From Vitrella brassicaformis CCMP3155 (taxonomy: Eukaryota; Protista; Chromerida): 64,000 nucleotides of DNA. The stretch is taken from positions 1-64,000 of the forward strand of contig CDMY01000007.1 in assembly GCA_001179505.1 (NCBI GenBank), given 5' to 3'. The notes beneath the pieces were generated by a model, which saw only the letters and a program-made list of their open reading frames with translations, was not told the origin of the DNA and ran no database searches. This document shows, piece after piece, positions 12,001 through 26,583 of the stretch (position 1 is its first letter; every line of letters begins with the position of its first letter). A program made the translations under genes and the position numbers.

Positions 12001-13374
12001 GTTGTCACGGTCTTCAGGCCTGACAAAGCGCAAGGCGTCGTCGTGCAGGTTGGGGAGAATGGGCGGAACGGTGTTCTGGCAAAGGAAGGAGGACAGTGGC
12101 GATGTGATGTGCTGCAGTTAACCGCTGCCTTCGCGTCTTCTTACTTGCAAGAAGTAGATGACCATAAGCGACAGGCCGTAGCCCTTGAGCAGATCAAGAG
12201 TGCCCGTGAGACCGCTAAGTCTCGCCCACTCCTACTCAAGACAAGACGCACAGGGTGGAGGGTGGAAGGATGGATGGATGCCGTTATTGGGCCAGCCATC
12301 GATGGCACCTTGACGAATCGCCCCATGTGTTTGACTCGGCCGTAGATGTCGCAATCACAGTAGGTCCTGATGAGCATCGTGTTGTCGAGTGCCATTGGCG
12401 AGTTGACCGACAAATCCACTTCCGTCCCTGCACACGGTTGACCAATCACACAACAGAGAGATCAAGCACACGTCTACGCCTTCCCTTGTTTGCCCACCTG
12501 AGTAGGCCATCTTCAATATGGGCACTTTTGCACTAAAGATGCGGGCGATGTCGGTGAATCGCGCTTGGACAAGGAAGGGGATCAGCGCCTCGAGCAATGC
12601 GCCACTGAGATCCCGCATAAGACCGTCCCGCCTCCGCTGCTGCTGCTGCTGCTGCTGCTCTGGCGCAGAGCTGCTGATGGAGGGGAAGGCCCTCTGCAGG
12701 AAGTCGAGGGAGATCAGGAGCGTCACATCCACATCGCTCGTCTGCACAGAAACATACATACATAAGTCATCAAGGGCAATAGACAGGGAGTGCCTTCAGC
12801 ACGCCCGCTACTGACCTTGGTTGCCATGCCGTTGGCCGCACCCCCGAAGGCTTTGCATTGGATCGTCTTGTCGTCCAGCTCAAGTCCTATGCTCTTGCCC
12901 CACTCCACCACACACCCCTCGATAATGGCGCAGACGCTCTGAACGGTGCTCCCGTAGTTGGACGATGGTGCCATGTGAATGAGCCATTGCCGCAGCCGTG
13001 GAGATTCTGCGATACCGGCATCCAGCAGCTCTATCGGCACGTCGGACATGACCAATCTGCATCAACACACATTCCAGGAGAGCACATACAGAAACAGGCA
13101 TGTGGACGGGGGATGGGATGGCTTGCTCGCTTCCTTCCTTCCTTCCTTCCTTCTGCGCGTTACCTCACATAGGCGCTTGTGCTCTCTCCCTTCTGACGTT
13201 GCCTCACGAATGCCGACACATATCTGACGGCTTTGTTGTCTCGTTTGTCTTGAACAATGCTGTCTTACGAGCCAACGAAGGCCACTCTCCCCTCCCCCTC
13301 TTCGTCCTTCCCTCTCTCAGGGAGGCGATCGAGTGAGGATCGAATTGATGAAGAACTCGCTGACGAGGAGCCAT
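9090..13374 (-). CDS. Cid1/GLD-2-family non-canonical poly(A)/poly(U) polymerase (TUTase-like) with long C-terminal extension
   Basis: Nucleotidyltransferase motif AFGGAANGMATK|TSDVDVTL. Also seen: SAKVPILKM, DLSVNSPMALDNTML, GRVKHMGRFVK, LSLMVIYFLQ, NLDTLILQFFRFYGLFNW and ACADPFDPLDNHSHRL (PAP-associated region). The 5' end is uncertain. Confidence 0.8.
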
Positions 13375-13451
13375 CTTTCGCCGGTCTTTCTTGCAAATGA
13401 CACAGATCATGGTCTACGTTCTTCCTGCACGAGAAAAGGCCGGAGAAAACG

Positions 13452-16400
13452 ATGTCTGATTCGGCGTCTCCGCCCCCACGACCCCCATCCAGTTTTCACG
13501 CTCCCTTTGGAGAGATGGCGGACTCTGAGGAGAGCTCACCAATGTCTGATGTGGTCGTCGCCATCCAGTTCCCAGCGATGGCTCCAAAGTCAGACGCTCA
13601 ACCTGGCGCCACAGGGGATACGGAGGCGAAACAAGCACATGGCGCTGCGACCGCCCCGGCCGCTCGGGAGGCAGCAAAAGTGGATGACAAGAAACCCCAT
13701 GGCGGCGAGCGTGAGGCGAAGGACGACGTTGCTGAGGTTGCTGTGAACGTGGACGTATCACTGCAAGAGAAGGCGAAGAGAGATGATGCAGCGGCTGGGG
13801 GTGCTGCGCCAAAGAAGGAGGATGACGTCCCCTTCATGCCCCTGAAGGAGGGAGATGACACTGACCCTTCTGCCATCGTCCTTCAGCCCCTTGTCGCCGA
13901 AGGGGAGCCAGTATTGCCGGTTGGAGAGACAGGCTCGAGACGGGGGTCTGGCGGGAGCAGCGCAAGCCCGGTGTGGCGGAGAAAACGGTCCATGGACATG
14001 GTCGACCCCTATCAGGCGGCTGATCTCGGTGAGTACAGAGAGACACACAGTGCAGTGCATGTGGTTCATGCCGTCATTCGTCTATATATGCTCTATCCAC
14101 AGCGGTTGCGAAGCGTCACTTGGTGAACTCCAGCTGTACTGACGCCGATGACAAGTGGATGCATCCGGTCGTCACGGAAGTGCAAGAGCTGGTAGGCATT
14201 GCGGCGCCCCCTTGCTTCAATCAATGGTCATCCATCATACCGTGTTCCCGTCTCTGTCTCTGTGTGTGTCAGGGTCAGTTTGGTGTCGGCGTGCAGCTGT
14301 ACTTCGAGTTCCTCTGGCATCTGGCTCTTGTACGCCAGGAAAAACAGAAGCACACGCACATTAACTAAGTCTGCCTCCCTCTCTTGAACAGGTGTTCTTC
14401 CTCATGTTCGTTCTCACCATACCGAACCTGACATTTTTCTCAGTCGGTCAGCAATAGCGGAAGGCCATTCATAACATGCCTCCTCCCGCGGCTTATTGGC
14501 TCTCCTCTTGTTCCATTCAGGCAACATGCTGCACGACGGCAAGGCCATGTTCAAGATCGAACGCACATTCGTACGCAGAAATGAGCGATGGAAGGAAGCC
14601 TCACGGAACACAGCTATATCAACTTCCGCTGTTTGCAGATAGCCAACATCGGCAAGCGGCCCACCATCGTGCCCGGCACGAGTCCCGCGAAGGCCCGTGA
14701 GCTGATCCAAAATAGGCCGGTGACGGTTGGCTTCTTCGACTTGGAAATCAAAAATGTGACCGTCGCATGTGGTGTCTTTGACGGCCTGGCCATACTCGTA
14801 AGATGCAAACAGAGACGGAGATCGAGGTGCATGCAAAAAGGTCATCTGTCGCGTCGTCGTGATGCAGCTGCTTTTGGGTTGGGTGTGGTGGTTCCGCCTC
14901 CGTCGCATCAAGGAGGTGGTCAAGGAAAACGATGAGGACAACGTGACCCCAGGGGACTTCTCCATCCTCTGCTCAAACCTCCCAAGACATCTCGGCGAGT
15001 GAGGATGCGTATCATGTCTGGGCGCTATGTGTGTGTCTCCGTCAACGATCGTGTCTTTTGCTTCTATGGATCACAGTGACCACAACAATTACGAGAAGCT
15101 GATGAAGAGCCACTTCCTGCAGTTCTGCGGCGGACAATGGGGCGAGCCGATTCAGGCCGTCATGAACTACGAAGCACCCAAAGACAGCGTCGTGGCGGTC
15201 AGTCACACCAACCCCACTCACTAACACACTCCGGCCACACCATATCTGATCGTGTGCACATGTCAGGTGGTGCTGGCTCGCGAGTACAACGGCCATGTGC
15301 GGAAGCACGCCCATGTGGGCCAGCTGATGCATCAGCTCAACCTGATGAAGGCGCGTCAGCGAGAGGGCGTCAAGGTGAATGAGAAGCGCATGGAGGCGAT
15401 CGAGGACAAGATCCGCAACAAGCGGGAGCACCTCAAGGCCAAGCAGAAGATCACCGAGGAGGAGAGGGAGGTCTGCATGGCCTTTGTGACGTTCAACCGG
15501 GAGGACGACAAGGAAAACATACTCGACTGGTCAGTGAGCTTGTGAAGCCTTGCTTGAGCTTCTGCCTCCCTGGAGGCGCTTATCTGTCTCTCTGTGTGCT
15601 ATAGGTACGCCTGGTCGCGTGTGTGGTTGTTGAAGTACCTCCAGCAGGAGTATCTCAAGTTCAAAGGGCGCAGGATCCGTGTGGAGCAGGCGCCGGAGCC
15701 GTCCAACATCCTCTGGCAGAACCTCGACTTCGAAAAATGGAAGCGGGCCTACCGCGTCTGCCTCACAACACTCCTCACCATCGGTGACCGGTTGACCAAT
15801 GCCGCTGCACGTGGCTCTCTGCATGCCTGTATCTCCTGCTGTCAGTGCTCCTGCTTCTCTGCGGCGGGCTGATAGCCTATAGCAAGGAGGTGGCTGCCAT
15901 GAATATCGACGTGCCCGAGGAGGGCCACGCGTGGCGCCTCACCATCAACACCCCGTCGAGGACGCAGTTCATCATCTGCGACCTCCAGTTCTTCTCGGAC
16001 TATGACTGCAGAAACCCCGTCAACGACGTCACCGAGCTGCCTGCCAATCGCGAGTGGAGCTATGCGGCGGACGGAGACCTCTTTCGGACGATGAGTGGGG
16101 TACCTGTGCCACCCTCTGCGAATGGCCTCACCTGCAATGGGGAAGGCTACTTCGAGGTGAGGAGATGTGTGTCAAGAAAGAAGAGCGCGATGTGTGTGTC
16201 TGCTGGTCCTTGCTTGGGTGCTCTTCAGAGTGACGGCAGTGAGAAGAGCGGCTGGATCTCTGTGGAGTTTGACAAGGAGATGTCCGCCAGATGTGTGGCA
16301 CTCAACGCCTCAGATGCGGTAGCACACCACACGCGGCGCCAGCCAACGGATATCTTCATTGCATCTCAAATGAGTCAATTGATCAGGTCCGCGGCATGAC

Positions 16401-18849
16401 TGCCACCGTCGAGACATGTGAGACAGTTCAAGTCGACCCAAGCGAACGTCAGTCGGACCACAGGAGAAAAAATGAGACACCACACAGACAAGACAGCGGC
16501 ATCCTTGTGTTGGATGTGTGCAACGCAGCCCCGACGTACGTGTGCACCAAGGTGCAGAACATCCAGGAGGGGTCCTTCTCCGCGGGTATCAACCGGTTCT
16601 CCTTCACGTCCCTCATGCATCCCGCACTCGAGCAATGCGGCGACGTCAGCCTCACCGACCACCTCACAATCGCAGAAGCCAAACAACTCGAGGAACGGGT
16701 CAGTCAGTGAGTTGCCGCCTCTTTCTGTCTCCATGTCGGCGCGAAGTGATCTGTGTTGTGTGTGCAGGATCAGACGCGGAGTGACTACTATGTCTCGTGT
16801 TACTGCGGTATACACAAGTTCGACATAGCGAGCGACCCCGACCTGCAGTCGATGTGCGCGTCGTACCTCAAGAACACCGTCACGCTGGTCGTCCTGGGCG
16901 TGGCGGCCGCGTGCCTCATCGTGGCCATCAACGTGGTGCTCAAAGTGACACTCAAGCAGCTCAGGTGAGTGAATCGCCACACACACCACACCACACCACA
17001 CCACACCACAAGCCATTGCCTGGATGGATGGATGGATGTGTGTCGAGTGCAGCAACTGGGAGAAGCCATTTTTTATGTCTCAGCTCCTCCGCTCGAGAAT
17101 CGTCAAGGTGTTTGTGGCCCAGTGGCTCAACACGGGCGTGATCGTGCTGCTGCTCAACATGCGTCTCGGCAACAAGAGCTTCTACCTCGGCCCCACCAAG
17201 ATCGGCGGCGAGTTCGGCGATTTTGTCCCGGAGTGGTACATCAAAGTGGGCATGTCGGTGCTGCTGACCATCATGGTCAACGTAGTGAGCCCTCACGGCA
17301 TCGCCTTCGCCATGCTGCCGCTGAGGCCCCTCTTCCGCATGTGTGGGAAGCGGAGTGCCAAGATACAGGCGGACCTCAACAAGGTGTTCACCAACCCCTC
17401 GTTCGATCTGGACGTCAGATACGCGCAGACACTGCAGACCGTCTGGGTGGTACTCATGTACAGCTCAGGTATGCACTCATTCAAAGAGGGACCAATGAAC
17501 GTGTATGGTGTGTGTATCCTTCCTTCATGTGTTGTGTTGCAGGGATGCCCCTTCTGTACTTGGCGGCGTCCGCGTGTTGCTTCTTCACTTTCTGTTGCGA
17601 CAAGTTTGTGCTGCTGTGGGGCTCCCGCCGGCCGCCTTCATTCGACCACATTGTGGCCACCACAGCCATCACGACCCTCCCACTGGCATCTGTGCTCCAC
17701 AACGTGTAAGCAATGCAGGCAGGCAGACAGTTCCCCCTGTGTCATGAATGCGTGTGTGGCAGTGTGGCTGTGTTCATGTTTGGGCACGGCACAATATTCC
17801 CATCGGACCCTTTGTTGATCGGCACGACCAAGGACCCACCTGTCGACAAGGAGGAGCCATACTCATATTTCTGGGACGGGGCTTCGAACTTGACGGAGAA
17901 CCTGCTTCACCTAAGAGACAGAGTCTTCACCATGGCCGGATTTGTCCAGTAAGTAGGGAATAAGACTGAATGGTGCGGTGTCTGCAGTGGAAAATGATAT
18001 GTGTCGGTTTTCTTGTCAGGGTGGTGATCCTGGCGGTCTTTGCCATCAGCTACGTCGTGGCCTGGCTGTCCTTCCTCTTCAGAGGAGTCAAGGTCAGACA
18101 CAGACAGACACATGGATGACTGACGCTTTTCATACCTTGATGGGCGGGACGCGTGAATGCAATGCAGCTATTCTGCACTAGCTGTCTCCGCCGGTACTTG
18201 GTGCCCAAGAAGCTATGGGAGGTGAGGTGGGCGACACCGCGCTCCGCTCCCCCACAAACACAAGGAAACGATAATGTGTGTGGATGCATATCGATCAGGG
18301 CCTGTCGCCAGACCCCAAGCACCACCACATCAGCGAGGTAATCGGCCAACACACATGGACGGATGCCCTTCTTTCGTCCGCGGTCCCACTCTGTGTGTGT
18401 GCAGGCGTACATCATGTCGCCACGGAAAGGATCCAAGGAAAGCAACCCCGACGCAGCCGAAGTCAAGGCATCCGCTTCCAAGAGAAAGCAGAGCGAAGCG
18501 AAATCAGACTCCAAGAGACAGTCTGAAGTCGCCCCAACGATCACGGAGGGCACCTTCGTGGACAACCTGCCGGTCATGACGCGTGGCGACCTGGTGGTGT
18601 CCTACCGCATGGAAGACAACCCTGACTATAAGGGGGCATGGCGTGCGATCATGGAGGCTGACACCGAGGTAAGCCCTTGTACTTTCTTGGTGGTGTCTCG
18701 CCTCCATGCTGGTGGTCTGGTGGATGCAGACACGGCGGGAATCGATGGCGACCCGGCGTGAGTCGGCGCAGACCGGGCGCGAGTCTGGACAGCCGGACAG
18801 CCAGCGGGCCCTGGAACCAGAGGCGGCGGAGGTTGAAACAAGCGAATGA
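13452..18849 (+). CDS. OSCA/TMEM63 (CSC1-like) mechanosensitive cation channel family protein, multi-exon
   Basis: GVGVQLYFEFLWHL, AFVTFNREDDKE, RIRVEQAPEPSNILWQNL, KVFVAQWLNTGVIVLL, DFVPEWYIKVG, FDLDVRYAQTLQTVWVVLMYSSGMPLLY..FCCDKFVLL. The last exon ends TRRES...VETSE* at 18849. Confidence 0.85.
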
Positions 18850-19049
18850 GGGAGGGAGTGACTAGCAGTCTGTCTGTGCGTGTGTTGTGTTCTGTTGGGT
18901 GTAAGACGGTATGATGACGGTATGTATGCATCTGCTCGTAAGCATCCTGTGACATCATGAATCACCTTCATCGACCGTTCACAGAACATGCACAAGACAA
19001 GGTCCCCCACGTCCGCTCGTACCTCTGCGAGCACCACCTATCTATCGGT

Positions 19050-22000
19050 CTATTCCTTCGGCCCTTCACCCGTTACCCCTTCCTCCTTGTCCGCACCCTC
19101 TTGTGTGTCCTGCTGCTGCGGCTGCTCCTCTCTCACAACAAGGAATGACGTGCTCTTAAGAGCAAACCGATTCCCCGCCATCGCAAGCAGGTCCACACAC
19201 GCGCTGGACCTCATGAAATCACCCACACCGATTGCCGAAGGCTCCTGGCCCTCTGGTGGCTGGTCGGGCTGCGCGTGTTGGACGAACGAGCTGATTGACA
19301 TTTTGAGGGCCAAGTCGGGGACGGAGAGAGGGTGGGATGACGGCCGCACGGCGAATTGTGTGGCGGCCATGTAAAGCTGCTCGGGCGACACCTGCAGACC
19401 GTCACACATGGCGGAGAGATCATCTGTCTCCTGTTGCTGTTGTGTCTGCAGGGGCGCCGCAAGGCTGAGTATGTGCCGCCGTAGGCCGACAGAGGGGGTG
19501 GGCCCAAGGCTGAGATAGCCCAACAGACGGCGCGCATAGACCTGACACACAGCCCCACACGAGGGGACGTGAACAGAGGACACCCGCTTGAAGTCCATCT
19601 ATCGTCAGTCTGCTCACCGTCTCAGCCCCGAGCCCATTCTGCCCCACCCCCTCTCCCTGTGGCGGCCCCTCATCCCCTTCCCACAATCGATGCGCCTTCA
19701 TGGTGTCTCTGATCGACGCGGCGGTCCCTCCCACTCCCGCCTGTGTCAGCCGAAACACATCAAACAGTAGCTTGAGTGCCTCAGCTCGCAGTTGCTCGGG
19801 AGTCGGGAATGTGGGCGTCGGCTCGGGGGTCTCTGTTTGGGACGAGGGGGGCAGGGATGAGAGGGGCAGGAGGGGGAGGGAAGCGAACTGGTCTGCAGTA
19901 AGGAAAGCCTCGGTCTCGGTGAGGTCTTCTGTGGCGCCTGTCAGCTCCGCGATGGACTTGCGCAGCTGCAAGGGGGATAACGAAACAGCGAGTGGTTCTC
20001 TGGTGGCTTCTTGTCCGGTACCATGATCAGATCGCTTGCAGATGGCCACAGAGAAGTCTGATCATCCACGAGGCCATTCAGCATGACAGTCAGCACGACC
20101 TCAGTGGCATCGACCGCACCACCACTGCAGTCGCCAGCAAACGTCTGTGCAAGCTGCTGCAGACGCCGTTCAGCATCGGGGGCACTCTCGAGCGACGCGG
20201 GCAAGAGAGACAGATGGAAGGCGCGCGAATGGGCCAGACGGTGGACCAGGAGATCCTATGGACACACGAACAACACACGCTACCGTCGTGTGAAGAAGAC
20301 ACTCGGATATACCTTCAGCTGGCTGACGGCCATCACGCCCTTGGTGATGGCTGGCAGCATCTCGTCGAAAAGGCCTCTCAGCTGGGCGATCGTCCACCTA
20401 TCTGTGTGTGAGGGCTCCACTGTCGGGGGCACTGGTGGCGGGGGCGGGAGGGCCAGGTGCTCTGTCGGTGCGAGGTATATGGTCGTGCCTTCCAGGGACA
20501 GGTAGTACGGCAGCTGCAGATATGAAAGACGACAAAAGGATTCAGAGACAGAGGAAGGTTGCTCTGAGGAGTACACATCTCATCTGACCTTTGTTTGGTC
20601 CTCGATGTGTGACTGGACGATCTTGGTCAGGGACTTGATGGCCTCGTTCTCGGCGTACACGCGAGCCACAATCCAATCATCGAGCTTCTCAAACACCTGC
20701 ACACAGACACAGCTGTCCCGTCCGACCTCCTCTCCCGCCCCCCTTTCTCACGGCATCGCTCTTCTCGCAGAGGTCCCTGAGCTCGCCTTCAGCCCAGTGC
20801 TTTATCCGCAGGACGTGATACTTGTACCTCACAGCGGCCTCCATCCTCGCCTGCTGCAGGTCCACAAAGAGCGGCGGCGGGGGCTGGGCCAGCGCCTGCT
20901 CGTCAGCAGCTGCGGCAGCTCCTTTCTTGTCCTTGGCAGCGTCCTTCTTGCCCGCGTCCTTGCCCTTGCCGGCGGGCTTTCCCTCTGGCTCAGCTGGGGC
21001 GGGGGTGAAGGGGTCCCTGAAGGGCTCCAAAGGCGCGATGAAGTCCAGCGCCTTGTTTGTCATGGCATCCAGGAAAGGGAAGCGCCAATCCAGTTCGGCT
21101 GACACCGCCAGTACCAATACCAATACCATGCGAAAAAACTGCCTTGCGCTGTGTCTCTGTCTCTTCTCACATACGTACGTTGTGTCTCATCTTGGGTGGG
21201 TTGTCCTTTGAGAGTCCTCTCTCTGTACACAGGCGCATCGGGCAGCGGGTTGCCGTCAGGCCCCGTCCATATGTCGAGCTTAGGCATGGGCGGCGGGGCG
21301 GCACCCTCAGCCAGGGCCTCTGTGGGGTCGTTGGGTCTCGATGGGATGCCCAGCTGCATGGCTGAGTAGTAGAAGTCGTTTAACAGCCGGTCGGACGCTG
21401 TGTACCTGATAAAGGACAGAATCATGTGGCCGTGTGACGAATAACGGAGCGACCAACTTGCCTTTCGAGCTCTACTTTGAGAATCCTCTGTATTTGTAAG
21501 GCGAGAATTTCCACCTGCCCCTCCACCCATCCGCTGGTCATGATGGTGTTGCGCTCGGCGACGGCCTCATCCTTCTTGCGCAGCACCACCTGGAAGAGCT
21601 CAAAGGATAGGTCAGCCGCACGCTGATGCAGCTCCTCCTACACACACGTAAACAGATTGAATTGACAGATGTGTGTATCATGAATTTGTGTGAGGCAAGT
21701 ACTTTGGTGTCGTCTTGTTTTCTCATGTCTGGGTAGCTGTCTGAGAAGCGGTTGAACTCCTCAACAAACTTGTCCACGTGCACCTATCGGGGCACCGGGA
21801 CGGGCATAATCACTGGGAAGCCAAGAGGGCGACGGATGTTTGTGTGCAAGGTGAGACCTGCTTGTCATCAGGTCTGTCGAGGAACGCCACAAAGTCTTTC
21901 TGGATGTTCGCCAGGGTCTCGCGGATGGACTCGCGGAGAGAGCGATGCCAGAGAAACACCTGAAAAAAAAACACACGCAAGAGAGCACCAACGACGCTTT

Positions 22001-25000
22001 TGCGTACGGCACGCTGCTCGACCCACCTGGCCCATGCCTTTGAAGAATCCCTCCTCCAGCTCGTGCCACTCATCCCATAGGAGGTCCCGGACGGCTGGCT
22101 CGAGGTCGCTGACATACCCTGGCAGCGACGACACATCTATCCTGTCCTCCTTCTTCTCCTCTTTTTTCTTCTCTCCCTCTGCCGGCTGGCCCTCCTCCGC
22201 ATCTCCCTCACCCTGTGCACCTGGCTGTGCCTCAGTGGCTGCGGGAGGTTCCTCTGCTGCTGCTGTGGGGGCGGGCTGTGTCTCGTCTGCCCTGGTCTCC
22301 TCTCCTCCCTCTTCCTTCGGCGGTGCCTGTGCCTCAGCCTTCTGCCTGAATCGGTCGTGGACCGTGTTGGCAAGGAGGGTGTAGGCGCTCTCGGGTGGCT
22401 CCTCGCCTGTGGGGGCGGAGGGCGCCGCGGGAAGGGAGAGGTCAACCAATCGAGGCATCTCCTGATGAGACATGCATGGTATGTATCCATTGTGTAGATC
22501 GATCGACGCTCACACACCTCGTTGCCAAAGTGATCGAGAAAGGTGTCGATGGCCTCCTGCTCCACATCGAAGGCGTGACAGCGGTCAACCATCGTGCCCT
22601 GATATACATCAAGACATGCATGTGTGAAATGGCATTGGGCCGACAGCGTGGCGAACTGACCATGGGGTTCTGGGGGTCTTCATAGGGCAGCAGCCTCTCG
22701 AAGGCAAGCGGCTTGTGGGATGGGGGCTCGCCCTCCACCACCACAACATTACCTGTCTCGGGGTCGATTCTCCTCCCCAGCGCAGTGCGAATGACCTCCT
22801 CAGTCGGTATCTTCACACGGACATGGAAGTCAGCCCCGCCTTCACGCCTCACCGGTGGAGGCACGGGCATTGGAGGCATCGGCTGAATCAGCGCTGCACG
22901 CCTCTTCTCCCTCTCAGCGACGGACAGTGGCCGCCTTGACGGCAGAAGGAAGCCCGAGAGCCTCTCTTCAAGAGTGGCGTATTGCTCAAAGGTGCTGGGG
23001 AAGCCGAGGAGAAGCCAGCCATGAGGGACGAGACCGTGGAGAGGCTCGATGCGTGTGACAGGGGCAGGCTCGGGGGCGCCTCCCTGAGAGCCACAAAGAC
23101 AGAGCCACTGCTCTGTTGCTTCGCGGGTGGCTGATGTGTCTCCTGACCTTCTTCTTTTTCTTTGGGTCTTCCTTGGGTGGCGGGGGAGGAGTGGGGTCGG
23201 GCACAAAGCCTGCTGGGAAGAGTGCTCTGACTTTGGTGACGACCAAGTCAGCGTACAGCTCATTCGGCACCACCCCGCCACTGCAAAGACACGGAAACAT
23301 GGATACAATGTCACTCATGAGCAAATCCACCCAGTTGGCTCACCTCGATAGACTTTGGTGTGCCTGCTCGCCCAGCTCCTTCAGCCTCTGCGCTTCTGCT
23401 GAGAGCTCTTGTGGCTCCGCTGGCGGCTCGTCCTTCTTGCCACTCTTGCCCTTGCTGTTTGCCTCTGCAACGGGTGGCACATCCCCCTGGTGCTCGTGGT
23501 GCCCCGCCAGCGTGAGCGCCTCCGCCAGGATAGTTTCGGGTTTCAGCAGGGAGAGGCCGAAGCGGTCGCAGAGATACGAGGCGATCATGCCCTCGCCAGA
23601 GAGTGGCTTGGCGGTGAGTATGAGTCTTATCGGCACGTCTGGCACGTCAGGTGCAGGAGGGTCGGGGGGCGGCGGGAACTTGTGTTCGATCAGCGATGCC
23701 ACGATCACACCCAGTCGGTACAGCACCGGCTCCCCGCTGGGCTTGACTTCAATAGCATCCGACAGCGCCGTGACGACAGCACCGACCTGAATGAAACACA
23801 CAAGAGACTGCATTCCTCATGTCTTTGCCTCGTTTGTGGCGTCCCCACCGCGGCGTCCCTCTGCATAACGGCCTTGGCTTCCTCCGCCGCCTGCAGGGGC
23901 GGCGCGACCATCGCCCACTGCCCCCGGCCGTCAAGGTAGGCCCGCACTTCAGCGCTCTCCACCACCCCCAGCGACCGAATGACGCGAGGCTCCTCCATGC
24001 CCTCAGCTGAGTGAAGAAGGAGAATAAACATACATGACAATCCGCGTGTACGTATTCATCTTCATCCTCTTCTCACATCTGTCCTCAATCGCCGGTGGCT
24101 CGGCGAGAGGGAATCGGGATGTTTTGCGAGTCTGTGCGGCGTCGAGAAGACTGGGCAGGGGTGCAGTGAAGCCGATGAGTGAGGGCTCGGGCGGCGATGG
24201 GACCGCCTGGCCGTCGACGAACAGTGACATCCACTCGCGCCACAGCTGACTGTCCACGGCATGCTGCATGGGCAAGACAACAATACACACATCACATTGA
24301 TTGCGATGGTACACACATTACGCCCAAGACGACAGACAAGATATCGAGACACGTAGAGGCATTGTGGCCAGGTATCGTGCTGACCGCATCGGTGGTTTGT
24401 CGTTGGTAGAGGGCAGCGTTGACGACGCTGAGGATGAGATCCAGTGTGTCCTCACACGCAGTGGCGTGACGCATCTTCTGGTCGGCCTGACACATCCATA
24501 CATTGTGCTCGTGTGGACACAGCACAAGAGAGGAGCTGCCATACGTACTTTGCGATTCCTGTCGAGCTCTCGGTAGTAGGAGGCCTCCTGCTCTGTCTGC
24601 TGCCTCCGGGCCGCTTCTGATGCCCTGGACCCCAACATGCAACACCTTGATGTTATGGGCACACGCAGAGTGAGTGTCTGAGTGCTCGCTCACTCCAGCA
24701 GTTTCCTGTCCATCTGGAGTGCCCACTGTGCGTCCTCCTCCCTCTTCTGCTGATACTGTCTCCCACGCAGCTCCCGATTCTGCCTGAAGACCTCCTCGTG
24801 CCGGCGGATCTTCCACACCTCGTAGGCCAGCTCACGTTCTCGCTTGGACTGACGGTTAACCTGCTCGAGCAGCATCTCCTCGAACCCCTTCCTTTGCGCC
24901 AGCTCCTGGGCCTGCTGCTGCTCCACCAGCACTTTGCGGCGACGCCGTTCTCTGATGGAGCGAGACGGACGGGAGGAGGTGGCAGGTCTGTTTGCTTGTC

Positions 25001-26487
25001 CTTTGCTTGATGTGTGCTTGCCTTTCTCTTCGCGCCTGGTCGATGGCTTTCTTGTTCTCCTTGATGCGTCTGAGGCATGCAGGCCACACACGTTCGTGTG
25101 TCTCGCGCGTCTGTGTGTCGTCACCTCACTTCATGGTGAGGTCAGAGGTGACTTTCATTTCCTTGTCGGTGGGGAGCCGGTCGATCATGGTCTGAAGCAG
25201 CTCCAGCCCAGTGGTCACCTCAGTGCCCGCTTCACCCTCCTCCAAACTGATGGCACACACACACACACACACACACGCGGATAATGGCGCACTGGGGCAA
25301 TTAGATGTGTTCTGCTATCACCCTCTCGGCACAGTGTCGATGCCGATTCGCTGGAGGTTCTCCTCGAAGGACTCGATGCCGCCGCGCATGTCATCCTCAG
25401 CAGCCTGACGCACCTTGGCCATCTTGCTGCCCACACAGGGAACACAAAAGTCAACGATGAGTGGGACGCCCTGCTCTCTGTTCATGTCATGTCTCACTCT
25501 TTGTGCTTGTCTTGACGCTTGCGCTCAAAGCGGACGCCCTCAAACTCCCTGCGTACATAGATGTGTACACGTGAGTAGTCAGGTGAAGGATCAAGCAGGC
25601 TTTTCACTCAGAGGACGGACCTCTTTGCATTTGCGATCTGGTTTTTCTGCCACTGGTGCCAGCCCTCTTGCTCCCAGAGCTTCTTGAACTCCTGGTTGCG
25701 CTGGAAGGTCGCCAGCCGCTGGTCGCGGAACTCACGGCGGTTCTGGTCTATCATGTCGCCTATCATCCTGACGAACAGACACACACAGATTGTCTGTGTT
25801 GTGCCCGGGTGGGGCACTTTTCGTGTGTTCACTTTTCCTTGATAACGGCCTTTTCCTCCATGTCGAGTCTCTCGTCCTCGTATTTCTTGAGCAGCAGGTC
25901 CATCTTGAGCTGGTAGTTGGGCATGGTCAGTGTCCGCAGCCTCGAGTCGACAAAGTTCATCGTGTGGGCATCATACTGACGCAGACAGACACCCCTTCAT
26001 CCCAGACATGCAGGTGCCCCTCCCTCTCTCCCCTTCCACCTTTGGCTTGGTCAGTCGAATCGATTTGGTTGTGCCCATACCGCCCTTGGCCATCCCCTCC
26101 TTGCTTTGCTCGGCCTGCCGTTCGAGGGCCATCTTGAGCCGGTACAGCAGCCGTAGGGCGGCACCCCGCTGCCTCTCCATGACGCTGCGCATGGCTCGGG
26201 TGTCGAACTTGATCTTGAGGGAGCGGAAGGTGGGCTCCAGCTTCTTGAAGTTGGCCATTTTGGCAGCGGCAGTGGAGCTGCACACACCAAACACAGTGCA
26301 GGCATGTGGCCCCCTTTCGTATGTGGGTCATTCACCTGTCGCTGAAGCCCTGGAAGTCATCCTGCTGATGAAACTTGTGCAGGAGCTCCCCGAGCAGATA
26401 GCCATTGGCGAAATCATCCTCGAAAGACCGAATTGGGCGTGAGAGGCACACCTCATGCTCCAACCACGAGGACAGTAGCTGTGACAT
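19050..26487 (-). CDS. SPEF2: Sperm flagellar protein 2 (SPEF2/KPL2/CPC1-like central-pair protein), multi-exon
   Basis: N-terminal CH-like domain MSQLLSSWLEHEVCLSRPIRSFEDDFANGYLLGELLHKFHQQDDFQGFSDR|..AKMANFKKLEPTFRSLKIKFD..AALRLLYRLKMAL. It is followed by a coiled coil and an adenylate-kinase-like segment (IRTALGRRIDPETGNV). Confidence 0.88.
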
Positions 26488-26583
26488 GCTTCGCTGTGTG
26501 CTGAGCTTCAAACTTCAAGTTGTTTGCATGCACAGTCTCGGGGGCCTGGGGGGGCGCGAGCGCGCAGCGTCGTGCGGTGAAGG

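Noticed and set aside
26525-26532. TGCATGCA palindrome (ApiAP2-type motif) in the SPEF2/hypothetical spacer
   Set aside because: It is a single instance. GCATGC-like words are common in this genome's introns, and I did not see the motif in the other divergent spacers.
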